Source: Labilithrix sp. (lineage in GTDB: Bacteria > Myxococcota_A > Polyangia > Polyangiales > Polyangiaceae). Taken from it: 64,000 nucleotides of DNA. Position 1 is the first letter of the stretch, and each line of letters opens with the position of its first letter. Of the stretch, positions 10,173 through 19,107 are shown in pieces. Under the pieces are notes generated by a model, which was given only the letters and a program-made list of their open reading frames with translations, had not been told where the DNA came from and searched no databases. Location of the stretch: positions 62,715-126,714 of the forward strand of contig JAHBWD010000010.1 in assembly GCA_019637175.1 (NCBI GenBank). Reading direction: 5' to 3'. A program made the position numbers and the translations under genes.

Positions 10173-12070
10173 TACAGCTCAATCTGAGTACCGAGCTCGA
10201 CGACGCGGTTCGGCGGTATTCGAAAGAACGCGTTCGCCGGCCGCGCGTTGCGCGACAAGAACGCGAAGAGGACCTTGCGCCAGCGCGCCATGCCGCGCTC
10301 GTCGGTGATGAGGAGCGTCTCGCGCCCGAGGAAGAAGCTCGTGTCGGCCCGGCGCGTCTCGAGACCCTTCTCGGCGCACAGATCCATCAGCTCGAGGACG
10401 TTGGGCGTCTGCATGAAGCCGTAGGCGGCGGTGACTTGGTAGAAGCCCTGACCGATGTCGTTCAGCTCCACGATGCGGCTCCGGCGCGGCACCTCGGGCA
10501 CGTGCCGCGTCGCGATCGAGAGAAGCAGCACTTGCTCGCAGAGCGTCTTGTTGTGCTTGAAGTGATGGAGGAGAACGGGCGGCGCGCCCTTGGGGTTCGA
10601 GGTCATGAACACCGCGGTGCCCTGCACCCGATGGGGCCTCGTGGCCTCGATGTCTGCCATGAAGAGATCGAGCGGCAGCGTCTGCGCGAGGTAGCGCTGA
10701 CCGAGGAGCGCACGACCGCGCCGCCACGTCGTCATGACGGTGAAGACGACCGCGCCGATCGCGAGGGGCACCCATCCGCCGCTCCCCAGCTTGGGGAGGT
10801 TCGCGGAGAAGAACGAGAGATCCACGGCGAGGAAGAGCAGCGTGAGCGCGGCCGCGGGGAGGATGCCCCACTTCCACCTTCGTCGCGCGATCGCGAAGAA
10901 CAAGACCGACGTGATGCTCATCGTGCCCGTCACGGCGATGCCGTAGGCCGCGGCGAGCTTCGACGACGATCCGAAGCCGACGACCAGCGTGACGCACGCG
11001 ACGAGCAGGCCCCAGTTGACCTCGGGCACGTAGATCTGCCCCTCGCTCGAGCCCGACGTGTGAACGATCGAAACGCGGGGAAAGAAGCCGAGCTGCACGG
11101 CCGCGCGCGCGAGCGAGAACGCCCCCGAGATCAACGCCTGCGAGGCGATGCACGCCGCCGCCATCGCGATGGCGCTGAGCGGGATTTTGTGCCAGCCGTC
11201 GACGAGGCCGAAGAAGGAGTGCGACTCCGTCGGCCTCGAGAGGAGCAGCGCGCCTTGACCGAAGTAGTTGAGCAAGAGCGCGGGGAAGACGACCGCGTAC
11301 CACGCGAAGCGGATGGGCGCTTTGCCGAAGTGCCCCATGTCGGCGTAGAGCGCCTCGCCGCCGGTGATGCAGAGAACGACGGAGCCGAGGAGGAAGAAGC
11401 CGTGCACGCGATCGTGGGCGAAGAAGCGGACGGCATGGCGCGGATCCACCGCCTGGAGCACGTCGGGCCGCTTGATGATCCAGCGAAGCCCGATGATCGC
11501 GATCGTGGCGAACCACACGAGCATGAACGGCCCGAAGATCGCGCCGACGCCGCCCGTTCCGCGCTTCTGTAGCGCGAACAGGCCGACGATGATCGCGACG
11601 GAGATGTAAACGACGTAAGGCTCGAAGGCGCCGGTGGCCTCCTTGAGGCCCTCGACCGCGCCGAGCACGGAGACGGCGGGCGTGATGATCCCCTCGCCGC
11701 TCAGCAGCGCCGCGCCGAAGAGGCCGAGCAAGACGAGCGCGATCCCCGACTTCGTCTTCTCGATGGCCTTCGGCTCGAGGAGCGCGATGAGCGCGAACGT
11801 TCCCCCTTCGCCGTCGTTGTCTGCGCGCATCACGAACGTGAGGTACTTGACGACGATGACGAGCGTGAGCGCCCAGAAGAAGAGCGAGAGAATGCCGAGC
11901 ACGTTCGCTTCGGTGACGCGCGTACCGTGCGCGGCCTTGAACGACTCTCGCATCGCGTAGAGCGGCGAGGTGCCGATGTCGCCGTACACGACGCCGAGGG
12001 CGGCGACGGAGAGCGCGCCGAGGCTCGAGCGGCCGTGACCTGGAGGGTGCGATCCGACAGGAGAGCTCAC
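10172..12070 (-). CDS. kup: KUP/HAK/KT-family potassium uptake protein
   Basis: 632 aa. N-terminal LGVVYGDIGTSPLYA signature, 12 TM segments and a cytoplasmic C-terminal domain. Confidence 0.95.
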   Translation of the reverse strand: MSSPVGSHPPGHGRSSLGALSVAALGVVYGDIGTSPLYAMRESFKAAHGTRVTEANVLGILSLFFWALTLVIVVKYLTFVMRADNDGEGGTFALIALLEPKAIEKTKSGIALVLLGLFGAALLSGEGIITPAVSVLGAVEGLKEATGAFEPYVVYISVAIIVGLFALQKRGTGGVGAIFGPFMLVWFATIAIIGLRWIIKRPDVLQAVDPRHAVRFFAHDRVHGFFLLGSVVLCITGGEALYADMGHFGKAPIRFAWYAVVFPALLLNYFGQGALLLSRPTESHSFFGLVDGWHKIPLSAIAMAAACIASQALISGAFSLARAAVQLGFFPRVSIVHTSGSSEGQIYVPEVNWGLLVACVTLVVGFGSSSKLAAAYGIAVTGTMSITSVLFFAIARRRWKWGILPAAALTLLFLAVDLSFFSANLPKLGSGGWVPLAIGAVVFTVMTTWRRGRALLGQRYLAQTLPLDLFMADIEATRPHRVQGTAVFMTSNPKGAPPVLLHHFKHNKTLCEQVLLLSIATRHVPEVPRRSRIVELNDIGQGFYQVTAAYGFMQTPNVLELMDLCAEKGLETRRADTSFFLGRETLLITDERGMARWRKVLFAFLSRNARPANAFFRIPPNRVVELGTQIEL

Positions 12071-12179
12071 GGCTCATCGTCACGTAGCGTGAATCCCGAG
12101 CGCCGACGTTAAGAAAGCATAAAGACGCGACCAGTCGCGGTCAGGCCGCCGCGCGAGGAGACTTACGGTTGCCCCGTCG

Positions 12180-14162
12180 ATGGCCGCTTCCCCAACTCGT
12201 TTGAAGGCTCCGCCTTCGGCGGCCGACCTGCGGGCGCAGGCCCAGCGGCGGCCGCTCGCGAAAGAGGCGGCGCCCTCGCACGCGCCGCACATCGAAGGCG
12301 CGCGCGATCTCGCCAAGCTCTCGCTCGCGGCGCTCGGGGTGGTCTACGGCGACATCGGCACGTCGCCGCTCTACGCGATCCGCGAGTGCTTCACCTTGCC
12401 GCAAGGCGTCGCGGTGACGCAGGCGAACGTGCTCGGTGTGCTCTCGCTGTTCTTCTGGGCGCTCACGCTCGTCATCGTCGTCAAGTACCTCTCGTTCATC
12501 ATGCGCGCCGACAACCGCGGCGAAGGAGGCATCCTCGCGCTGCTCGCGCTGCTCAAGGCGAAGCCGAACGCGGGCAGGCGCCGGTCGGTCGTCGTGTACG
12601 TGCTCGCGGCGCTCCTCGGCACGGCGCTGCTCTACGGTGACGGCGTCATCACGCCGGCGATCTCGGTGCTCGGCGCGATGGAAGGCCTCGGTCTGACGTC
12701 GACCTTCTTCGACAAGCCCGTGATCGTGACGCTCGCCGTCGGCGTCCTCGTCGGCCTCTTCCTCGCGCAGCGCGCGGGCACGGCGCGGGTCGGCGCGATC
12801 TTCGGGCCGGCGATCCTCGTCTGGTTCGTGACCATCGGCACGCTCGGCGTCTACTGGATCGCGCAGCGACCCGAGGTCTTGCTCGCCGTCGATCCGCGGC
12901 ACGCGGCGCACTTCTTCGCCGAGCATCGGCTCCACGGGTTCCTCATCCTCGGGTTCGTGTTTCTCTGCGTGACCGGCGGCGAGGCGCTCTACGCCGACAT
13001 GGGTCACTTCGGGAAGACACCGATCCGCGTGGCGTGGTTCACGGTCGCGTTCCCTGCGCTCCTCGCGAGCTACTTCGGACAAGGCGCGCTGCTGCTCACG
13101 AAGGGCGCGGTCGAGAACCCGTTCTTCGAGACGGTCTCCGGCGCCGCGCGCTACGGCCTCATCGGCGTCGCGACGATCGCCGCGGTGATCGCGTCACAAG
13201 CGCTCATCTCGGGATCGTTCTCCCTCACCCAGCAGGCCGTGCAGCTCGGCTACTTCCCGCGCGTGTCGATCAAGCACACTTCTGGCCGAGCCGAAGGGCA
13301 GATCTACGTGCCCGAGGTCAACTACGGGCTCATGGTCGCGTGCATCGCCCTCGTGCTCGCGTTCCAAGACTCCAGCCGCTTCGCGTCGGCCTACGGGATC
13401 GCCGTCACCGGGACGATGGCGATCACGAGCGTCCTCTTCTACGGCGTCGCGCGCCGATGGGGCTGGAGCAAGCTCGCCGCCGGCGGCCTCGTCGCGCTGT
13501 TTTTGACGCTCGATCTCTCGTTCTTCGGCGCGAACGTCCACAAGATCGCCGACGGCGGCTGGTTTCCCCTCGCCGTCGGCGCCGTCATGTTCACGATGAT
13601 GACGACCTGGCGTCGCGGGCGGGAGCTCATCGGCCAAGCGTTCGCCGCGCAGGCGCTCTCGCTCCGGGCCTTCATGCACGATCTGCACGCCGCCAAGCCT
13701 CCTCGCGTCGCCGGCACGGCGGTCTTCCTCACGTCGAGCCACGGCGGCGTCCCCGCGGTCCTCCTCCACTACTTCAAGCACAACAAGGTGCTCCACGAGC
13801 AGGTCGTCCTCCTCTCGATCGCCACGCGACACGTGCCCGAGATCCGGCGCATCGATCGCGTGAGCGAGATCGAAGATCTCGGACTCGGCTTCCATCGCGT
13901 ACAGGGGCAGTACGGCTTCATGCAGACGCCGAACGTCCTCGAGCTGATGGACGTGTGCGCGGAGAAGGGCCTCGAGACGCGCGAGGCCGACACGAGCTTC
14001 TTCCTCGGACGCGAGTCGCTCCTCATCACGGATAAACGCGGGATGGCGAAGTGGCGCAAGCACGTCTTCGCGTTCCTGAGCCGCAACGCGCGACCGGCGA
14101 CGGCGTTCTTCCAGATCCCGCCGAACCGCGTGGTCGAGCTCGGCGCGCAGATCGAGCTCTGA
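12180..14162 (+). CDS. kup: KUP/HAK/KT-family potassium uptake protein, second paralog, divergent to the first
   Basis: 660 aa, about 70-75% identical to the upstream kup across the core (LGVVYGDIGTSPLYA..., ...VLLHHFKHNK/VLLHYFKHNK...). The N-terminal 50 aa is Ala/Pro-rich, so the true start may lie a little downstream. Confidence 0.9.
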   Translation: MAASPTRLKAPPSAADLRAQAQRRPLAKEAAPSHAPHIEGARDLAKLSLAALGVVYGDIGTSPLYAIRECFTLPQGVAVTQANVLGVLSLFFWALTLVIVVKYLSFIMRADNRGEGGILALLALLKAKPNAGRRRSVVVYVLAALLGTALLYGDGVITPAISVLGAMEGLGLTSTFFDKPVIVTLAVGVLVGLFLAQRAGTARVGAIFGPAILVWFVTIGTLGVYWIAQRPEVLLAVDPRHAAHFFAEHRLHGFLILGFVFLCVTGGEALYADMGHFGKTPIRVAWFTVAFPALLASYFGQGALLLTKGAVENPFFETVSGAARYGLIGVATIAAVIASQALISGSFSLTQQAVQLGYFPRVSIKHTSGRAEGQIYVPEVNYGLMVACIALVLAFQDSSRFASAYGIAVTGTMAITSVLFYGVARRWGWSKLAAGGLVALFLTLDLSFFGANVHKIADGGWFPLAVGAVMFTMMTTWRRGRELIGQAFAAQALSLRAFMHDLHAAKPPRVAGTAVFLTSSHGGVPAVLLHYFKHNKVLHEQVVLLSIATRHVPEIRRIDRVSEIEDLGLGFHRVQGQYGFMQTPNVLELMDVCAEKGLETREADTSFFLGRESLLITDKRGMAKWRKHVFAFLSRNARPATAFFQIPPNRVVELGAQIEL

Positions 14163-14225
14163 AGGGGCCCGAACCGCGGCGGTGCGCCTCTGTGCTCGCG
14201 CGCCGGGGGCTGCTACGTCCCGACG

Positions 14226-14735
14226 GTGGTCCCCGCTCACGAGCCGATCCCGGTGCGACGCGAAGAGACCGACGTCGTCGGCCTCTTGCGCTCGAGCCTG
14301 CGTCCGCTCATCGAGCAAGCCGAAGAGCAGAAGATCGAGCTGCGCGTCGAGTCGATGGGCCGCATCCCGAAGCTCGGGGTCGATCCGGAGAAGCTCGCCT
14401 GGGCCGTCAGCGCGCTCGTCGGCAACGCCCTGCGCTACGTCCGCCGCGGGACGCACCAGACGATCGGCGGCAGCGTCCTCGTCCACGTCCAGCACGAGGA
14501 AGGCTCCCCCGAGGTCGCCATCGCGGTGCAAGACGACGGACCGGGCATCCCCAGAGAAAAGCTGCCCTTCCTCTTCGAGCGACGCGGCGGCGCGGCGCAC
14601 GCCGAGGGTCTCGCGCTCTCGCTCGTACGCGAGATCGTCGCGGCGCACCGCGGCCGCATCGAAGTCGAGAGCCGCACCGCGCAGGACGATCTCGAAGAGC
14701 ACGGCACCAGCATCACGCTCTGGCTGCCTCGTTGA
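14226..14735 (+). CDS. Stand-alone histidine-kinase catalytic (HATPase_c) domain protein lacking HisKA/H-box and sensor; probable gene remnant
   Basis: 169 aa with N-box LVGNALRY, G1 DDGPGIP, F-box LFERR and G2 GLALSLVREIV, but no phosphoacceptor His region. It lies in the same frame as kup, 63 nt after the kup stop. No ATG is present; GTG 14226 is the only candidate start. Confidence 0.5.
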   Translation: MVPAHEPIPVRREETDVVGLLRSSLRPLIEQAEEQKIELRVESMGRIPKLGVDPEKLAWAVSALVGNALRYVRRGTHQTIGGSVLVHVQHEEGSPEVAIAVQDDGPGIPREKLPFLFERRGGAAHAEGLALSLVREIVAAHRGRIEVESRTAQDDLEEHGTSITLWLPR

Positions 14736-14753
14736 GGGCGTCGAGCGAGGGGG

Positions 14754-15086
14754 TCAGGAGAGCGACGCCGCGAGGAGGGCGATCGCGCCGGTCGCGAGCG
14801 CGGCGCCGCCGAGGATCGCCGTCGGACGATCGGACAGCTCCTCGAAGAGAAGGAGCAGCACGGCCCACCACGCGAGCGGCCAGAAGAGCACGACGGCCAG
14901 CAGCAGATACCGGCGCGCGCGAAAGACCCCGATGTGCCGATACGACGCGGGCGCGAGGAGCCACGCGCCTCCGACGCAGAGCGCACCGGCGACGAGGGTG
15001 AGCAGGGAGACATGCGCGACGGCGACGAGCCCGACGACGAAGCAGAGCAGAGCGAAGGCGAGCGTGCCGCGCGCGTGAGTCCCCAT
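14754..15086 (-). CDS. Small hydrophobic membrane protein (110 aa, 3-4 predicted TM helices)
   Basis: Leu/Val/Ala-rich composition unlike typical GC-rich out-of-frame artefacts. Sits in an otherwise empty 400-nt gap downstream of the AAA+/TPR gene on the same strand. Confidence 0.4.
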   Translation of the reverse strand: MGTHARGTLAFALLCFVVGLVAVAHVSLLTLVAGALCVGGAWLLAPASYRHIGVFRARRYLLLAVVLFWPLAWWAVLLLLFEELSDRPTAILGGAALATGAIALLAASLS

Positions 15087-15138
15087 CCCTCTTGCTCGTG
15101 TCCGGGCGGCCGCTCTTCCGTCACGAAAACTGGAGCGA

Positions 15139-17910
15139 TCAGCGCGAACCGAAGAAGACGTCGGCGTCGAGGCCGAAGGAGCTGATCTTCAAGCGCGCGA
15201 AGATCTCGTCGGCGCGCCTCGCCATCTGGTCGGCCTCTTCCAGCGTCGCGGCGTCGGCCTCCCGGTCGGACGTCGCGCGTAGGAGCGAGGCGTACACGCG
15301 ACAGCTCCGGGCGAGCTCGACGTCGTTGCCGATCTCCTCGAAGATCCAGATCGACTGCAAGAGGTGCGCGCGCGCGGTGAGCAGATCTTCGCCGCCCGCG
15401 CTGCCGGCCGCCATGACCTCTCCGAGCGAGCGGAGGGCGACGCCGAGCTGCACCTTGCTCTGGATCTCGCGGAAGATCTCGACCGCGCGCGCCGTGCATT
15501 CGCGCGCGCGCGTGTACTCGCGCTGCGCGAGGTAGGCCTTCCCCAAGCCGCGCACGGCCTCGGCGAGGCCCATCTTGTCGCCCAGCTCGTCGGCGATCTC
15601 TTCGGCCTGCTTCAGGTGGTGGATCGCCTTCGCCGGATCGCCGAGGCGGTTGTACGTCTCGCCGAGGTTCGTGAGGACGAGCGCGAGCCGATTGCGGTCG
15701 CCCGTCTCCTTCGCGACCTCGTGGGCCTCGAGGAACAGCGTGAGCGCGCGCTGATCGTCGCGTTGATCCTGCGCCACCGTGCCCAGGTTGTTGAGCGAGA
15801 TCGAGACGCCGACGAGGTCGCCGATCTCGCGCCGGATGCGGAGCGCCTGCTCGAACGCGTCGAGGGCGAGCTTGAACTGTCCCGAGTCTTGGTAGACGAG
15901 CCCGAGGTTGTTGAGCGACAGCGCGATCGATCGCCGATCGCCCACCTTGCGGCGCATCGTGAGCGACCGCTGCGTCGACTCGAGCGCCTTCGGGTAGTCG
16001 CCGCGGAGCCAATGGAGCTTGCCGATGTCGTCGACCGTGCTCGCGATGCCGCGCTCGTCGTGCGAGTCCTCGAAGAGCGCCAGCGCCGCGTCGAGGTGCA
16101 CCTGCGCGTCGTCGAGGCGGCCGGTGTCGCGGTACATGCGCCCGATGCGCCCGTGGGCGGCGCCGCCCTTCGAGCGGAGGTTGAGGCGATAGGCGCGCAC
16201 GAGCATCTCGTTGAACGCGTCGAGCGCCTCGTCGTTCTTGCCCAGCACCTGGAGGACGTCGCCGTAGTGGTGGAGCGCGCGGAGCTGCTGCTCGGTCGAT
16301 CCCTCGGCGCCGTCGCGCAGGATGCCGAGGCCCTTGACGTAGTACTCCGAGGCCTTCGCGTTGGCGTAGCGCTCTCGCGCGAGGTGCGCCGCGTCGAGGT
16401 AGGTCGCCGCGGCTTGCACGACGAGGCCGGCCTGCTCCTGGTGGCGCGCGAGCTGCCCCATGTACTCCTCGTGCGTGCGCACGTGGGCCTTGAACGAGAG
16501 CCAGTCGGCGATCGCTTTGTGGAAGCGCTTCGCCTGCGCCTTCGGGAGGAGCTTGAGCAGCGTCTCTCGTTCGAGGTTGTGCTTGAACGCGAACTCCTCG
16601 TCGTCGGGGAACGTGCTGTCGGGCAGCGTGAGGATGTAGTCGCGCTCCTTGAGCTCCTTGAGCGCGTCGCGGATCTCGGTCTCGTCGGTCACGGCCGCGC
16701 GCGACCAGACGTCGGGAGCGTTCGAGTCGAGCCGCGCGATCGCGAGCAGGCCGCCGAGCCAGAAGACGGAGCCCATCGTCGCGGCGCGCTCGAGCAGATC
16801 GCGCTCGTTGGGCGCGAGCGCGGCGATGCGCGCCTGGATCGCGTCTTCCACGGTGAGCGGGAGGCTCACCTCGGAGAGCTTGTCGACGTGGATGACCCAG
16901 CTCTCGACCTCGGCGAACTCGTCTTTGACCTCGACGACGCCCATGTCGTGGAAGATCCGGACCATGCGCTCGAGCAGCGCGGGGTTGCCGCCCGCGAGCG
17001 TGCACGCTCCTTCGACGAGCTCCTCGATGCCCTCGGCTTCGCCGCAGGGCGCGAGGAGATCTTCCATCACGCGCGCCGAGTCGGTGTCGGTGAGCGGCGA
17101 GAGCTCGATGACCTTGTGCCGCGCGCCACCGTGCGAAGGCCAGTGATCGCGTCGCGCGGTCATGTCGGGCCGCGCGAGGCAGAGAATGAGCAGCGGCGCG
17201 TCGATGCTCTCGATGAGGTAGCCGAGGAGATCGAGCGACTCGTCGTGCGCGTACTGCAGATCGTCGAACACGAGGACGATCGGCCCCGGCGACCCGACGC
17301 CAGGCTTCGCGTGCGCGCGCGGGACGGCGGCGTCGCCGTCGGGCGCGGTGTCGCGCTGGGCCTGGGGGATGTGGAGGGCGTCGGCCTCGAGGAAGCGCTT
17401 GATGACCGCCTGCCGCAAGAGCCGCATCTGGTTGGCGTCGGAGCGCACCGCTTGGATGAGCGGCGAGTCGAGGAACTCGAGCTCGAGGAGCTGGCCGAGG
17501 AAGAAGCAGACGTCGCCGACCTTGCGATCCTCGAGCACCGCGGCGACCTGCGACCGGATCTGGGCCTTGGCGGCCTCCGCGTCCATGCCCTCGACGATGC
17601 CGAAGCGCGCGCGCAAGACGCGGGCGAAGACGTCGTAGGCCGCGCCTTGATCGCGGGCCGATCCGCGGAAGACGCGGGGCGCGCCCGCGCCGCCCTCGGT
17701 CGCGCGCTGCTTGGAGAGGAAGTCGCGCGCCAGGCGCGTCTTGCCGATGCCGTTGGCGCCGACGAGCGTGACCGTCCGCGCCTTGCCGTCGTCGCGCACG
17801 GCGCGGAGCGACTCGTCGAGCACGCGCAGCTCCGCCGCGCGGCCGACGAGGACGGCCCGCCGGTCGATCGTTCCGAACCCCGAAGGGGCGAAGCTCACGC
17901 GCTCGGCCAT
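15139..17910 (-). CDS. AAA+/STAND NTPase with C-terminal TPR repeats (signal-transduction ATPase)
   Basis: 923 aa with Walker A GANGIGKT and Walker B LVFDDLQYAHD, then multiple TPR-like repeats. The long overlapping ORFs on both strands (1495 aa and 1686 aa) are compositionally spurious. Confidence 0.9.
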   Translation of the reverse strand: MAERVSFAPSGFGTIDRRAVLVGRAAELRVLDESLRAVRDDGKARTVTLVGANGIGKTRLARDFLSKQRATEGGAGAPRVFRGSARDQGAAYDVFARVLRARFGIVEGMDAEAAKAQIRSQVAAVLEDRKVGDVCFFLGQLLELEFLDSPLIQAVRSDANQMRLLRQAVIKRFLEADALHIPQAQRDTAPDGDAAVPRAHAKPGVGSPGPIVLVFDDLQYAHDESLDLLGYLIESIDAPLLILCLARPDMTARRDHWPSHGGARHKVIELSPLTDTDSARVMEDLLAPCGEAEGIEELVEGACTLAGGNPALLERMVRIFHDMGVVEVKDEFAEVESWVIHVDKLSEVSLPLTVEDAIQARIAALAPNERDLLERAATMGSVFWLGGLLAIARLDSNAPDVWSRAAVTDETEIRDALKELKERDYILTLPDSTFPDDEEFAFKHNLERETLLKLLPKAQAKRFHKAIADWLSFKAHVRTHEEYMGQLARHQEQAGLVVQAAATYLDAAHLARERYANAKASEYYVKGLGILRDGAEGSTEQQLRALHHYGDVLQVLGKNDEALDAFNEMLVRAYRLNLRSKGGAAHGRIGRMYRDTGRLDDAQVHLDAALALFEDSHDERGIASTVDDIGKLHWLRGDYPKALESTQRSLTMRRKVGDRRSIALSLNNLGLVYQDSGQFKLALDAFEQALRIRREIGDLVGVSISLNNLGTVAQDQRDDQRALTLFLEAHEVAKETGDRNRLALVLTNLGETYNRLGDPAKAIHHLKQAEEIADELGDKMGLAEAVRGLGKAYLAQREYTRARECTARAVEIFREIQSKVQLGVALRSLGEVMAAGSAGGEDLLTARAHLLQSIWIFEEIGNDVELARSCRVYASLLRATSDREADAATLEEADQMARRADEIFARLKISSFGLDADVFFGSR

Positions 17911-17964
17911 GGCGAGGTGTGCGCTTGTAGCATAGCCCGGCGGGCGTTCCCCCGGAAAGCGGCC

Positions 17965-19077
17965 TCAAGGAAGGGGCGACGCGCCGATCACGAGGTGGTG
18001 CGTGTGGAGAACGCCCACGTAAATGACGATGGCTGCCGCAAAGCGCGCCCAGCCGATGCCTCGAAGGTCGAGCTCGGCCCGGCCGCCCATGATGGCGGCG
18101 AAGGGGACGAGCGAGGTGCGCTCCTGGTACTTCGTCCACGCCTCGCCGAGCTCGGCGGCCCGGCGACGATCGATGTGGACCATGCCGACGAGGGCCAGCG
18201 TGAGGACGGCGAGGAAGAGGACGACGGCGCGGAGCTCGCCGTTCGCCAGCGTGTGCGACATGCCCCAGAGCGCGAAGCCCCAGAGCGCGGGGTGCCGCGT
18301 GATCGAGAAGACCCCGAGGCTCGCGCTCTCCTGCGAGGCGAGGGCCTCGCCGCCGACGGTCGTCGGGCCGCGCGTCGAGAAGCCGGCCACCATGAGCAAA
18401 ATCGCGAACGGCATCACGAGCAGCGGCATCCACCTCATCCCGCGCGGAGGGAGCCAGACCTCGACGTAGGGCGCCTTGACGTAGCCGAAGATCATCCCCG
18501 CGAAGGCCGCCGCGACGAGGAGCGAGTAGACGCCCGCGAAGCCGCGCTGCGAGAGGGCGGCGATGAGCCGCCGCCGCACGGGGATGCTCGAGAGCAAGAG
18601 ATGAAGGCCCGTGAAGGCCGCCGCCGACACGAACAGCGGCGTCGTCGAGCCGCGGTGCGCGGGCTCCGCCGCCGGTGCCGCGAGCTTCTCGATCGCGAGC
18701 GTGATCGAGGCGATCTCGTCGTCGACGAGCGGATATTTCGGCATCGTCCCGCGGGGAAAGCCGGCGACGACGTCGGCGTCGGGATCGCGCATCGCGCGCG
18801 TGAGGTAGTCGCGATCGGCGGTGACCTCGCGGCTCGCGCCGCCGGTCGTGACGGTGCGCTTCGCGCCGAAGAGGCCGCGGAACGTCGGGCCCTGCCGCGC
18901 CGATCCGTCGGTGGAGTGACAAGCGCCGCAGCCCTTCCTCGCGATCAGGCTCTCGCCGCGCTCGGCCGAGACGTCACCGGCGTTCGCGCTGCGGGCGAAG
19001 AGCAGGAGCGCGATGACGAGCAAGATCTCGAGCCGAAACATCGCGCGAGACGCTACACGACGCGTCCGCGGGCGCAA
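17965..19077 (-). CDS. Cytochrome c domain fused to an NnrU-family integral membrane domain
   Basis: N-terminal signal peptide and CGACH haem-binding motif, followed by about 5 TM helices with NnrU-like ...ITRHPALWGFALWGMSHTLANGE.... The start could be 19077 (MRPRT) or 19041 (MFRLE). Confidence 0.8.
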   Translation of the reverse strand: MRPRTRRVASRAMFRLEILLVIALLLFARSANAGDVSAERGESLIARKGCGACHSTDGSARQGPTFRGLFGAKRTVTTGGASREVTADRDYLTRAMRDPDADVVAGFPRGTMPKYPLVDDEIASITLAIEKLAAPAAEPAHRGSTTPLFVSAAAFTGLHLLLSSIPVRRRLIAALSQRGFAGVYSLLVAAAFAGMIFGYVKAPYVEVWLPPRGMRWMPLLVMPFAILLMVAGFSTRGPTTVGGEALASQESASLGVFSITRHPALWGFALWGMSHTLANGELRAVVLFLAVLTLALVGMVHIDRRRAAELGEAWTKYQERTSLVPFAAIMGGRAELDLRGIGWARFAAAIVIYVGVLHTHHLVIGASPLP

Positions 19078-19107
19078 CCTCGCGCGCCGAAGGCGAGCGG
19101 ACGAGCT

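Noticed and set aside
14435-18922. 1495-aa ORF on the minus strand, and the overlapping 1686-aa plus-strand ORF 15364..20424
   Set aside because: The translations are Arg/Pro/Gly-rich with no domain signal. They are out-of-frame or antisense readings of the genuine AAA+/TPR, NnrU and MepA-like genes, which is the typical high-GC artefact.
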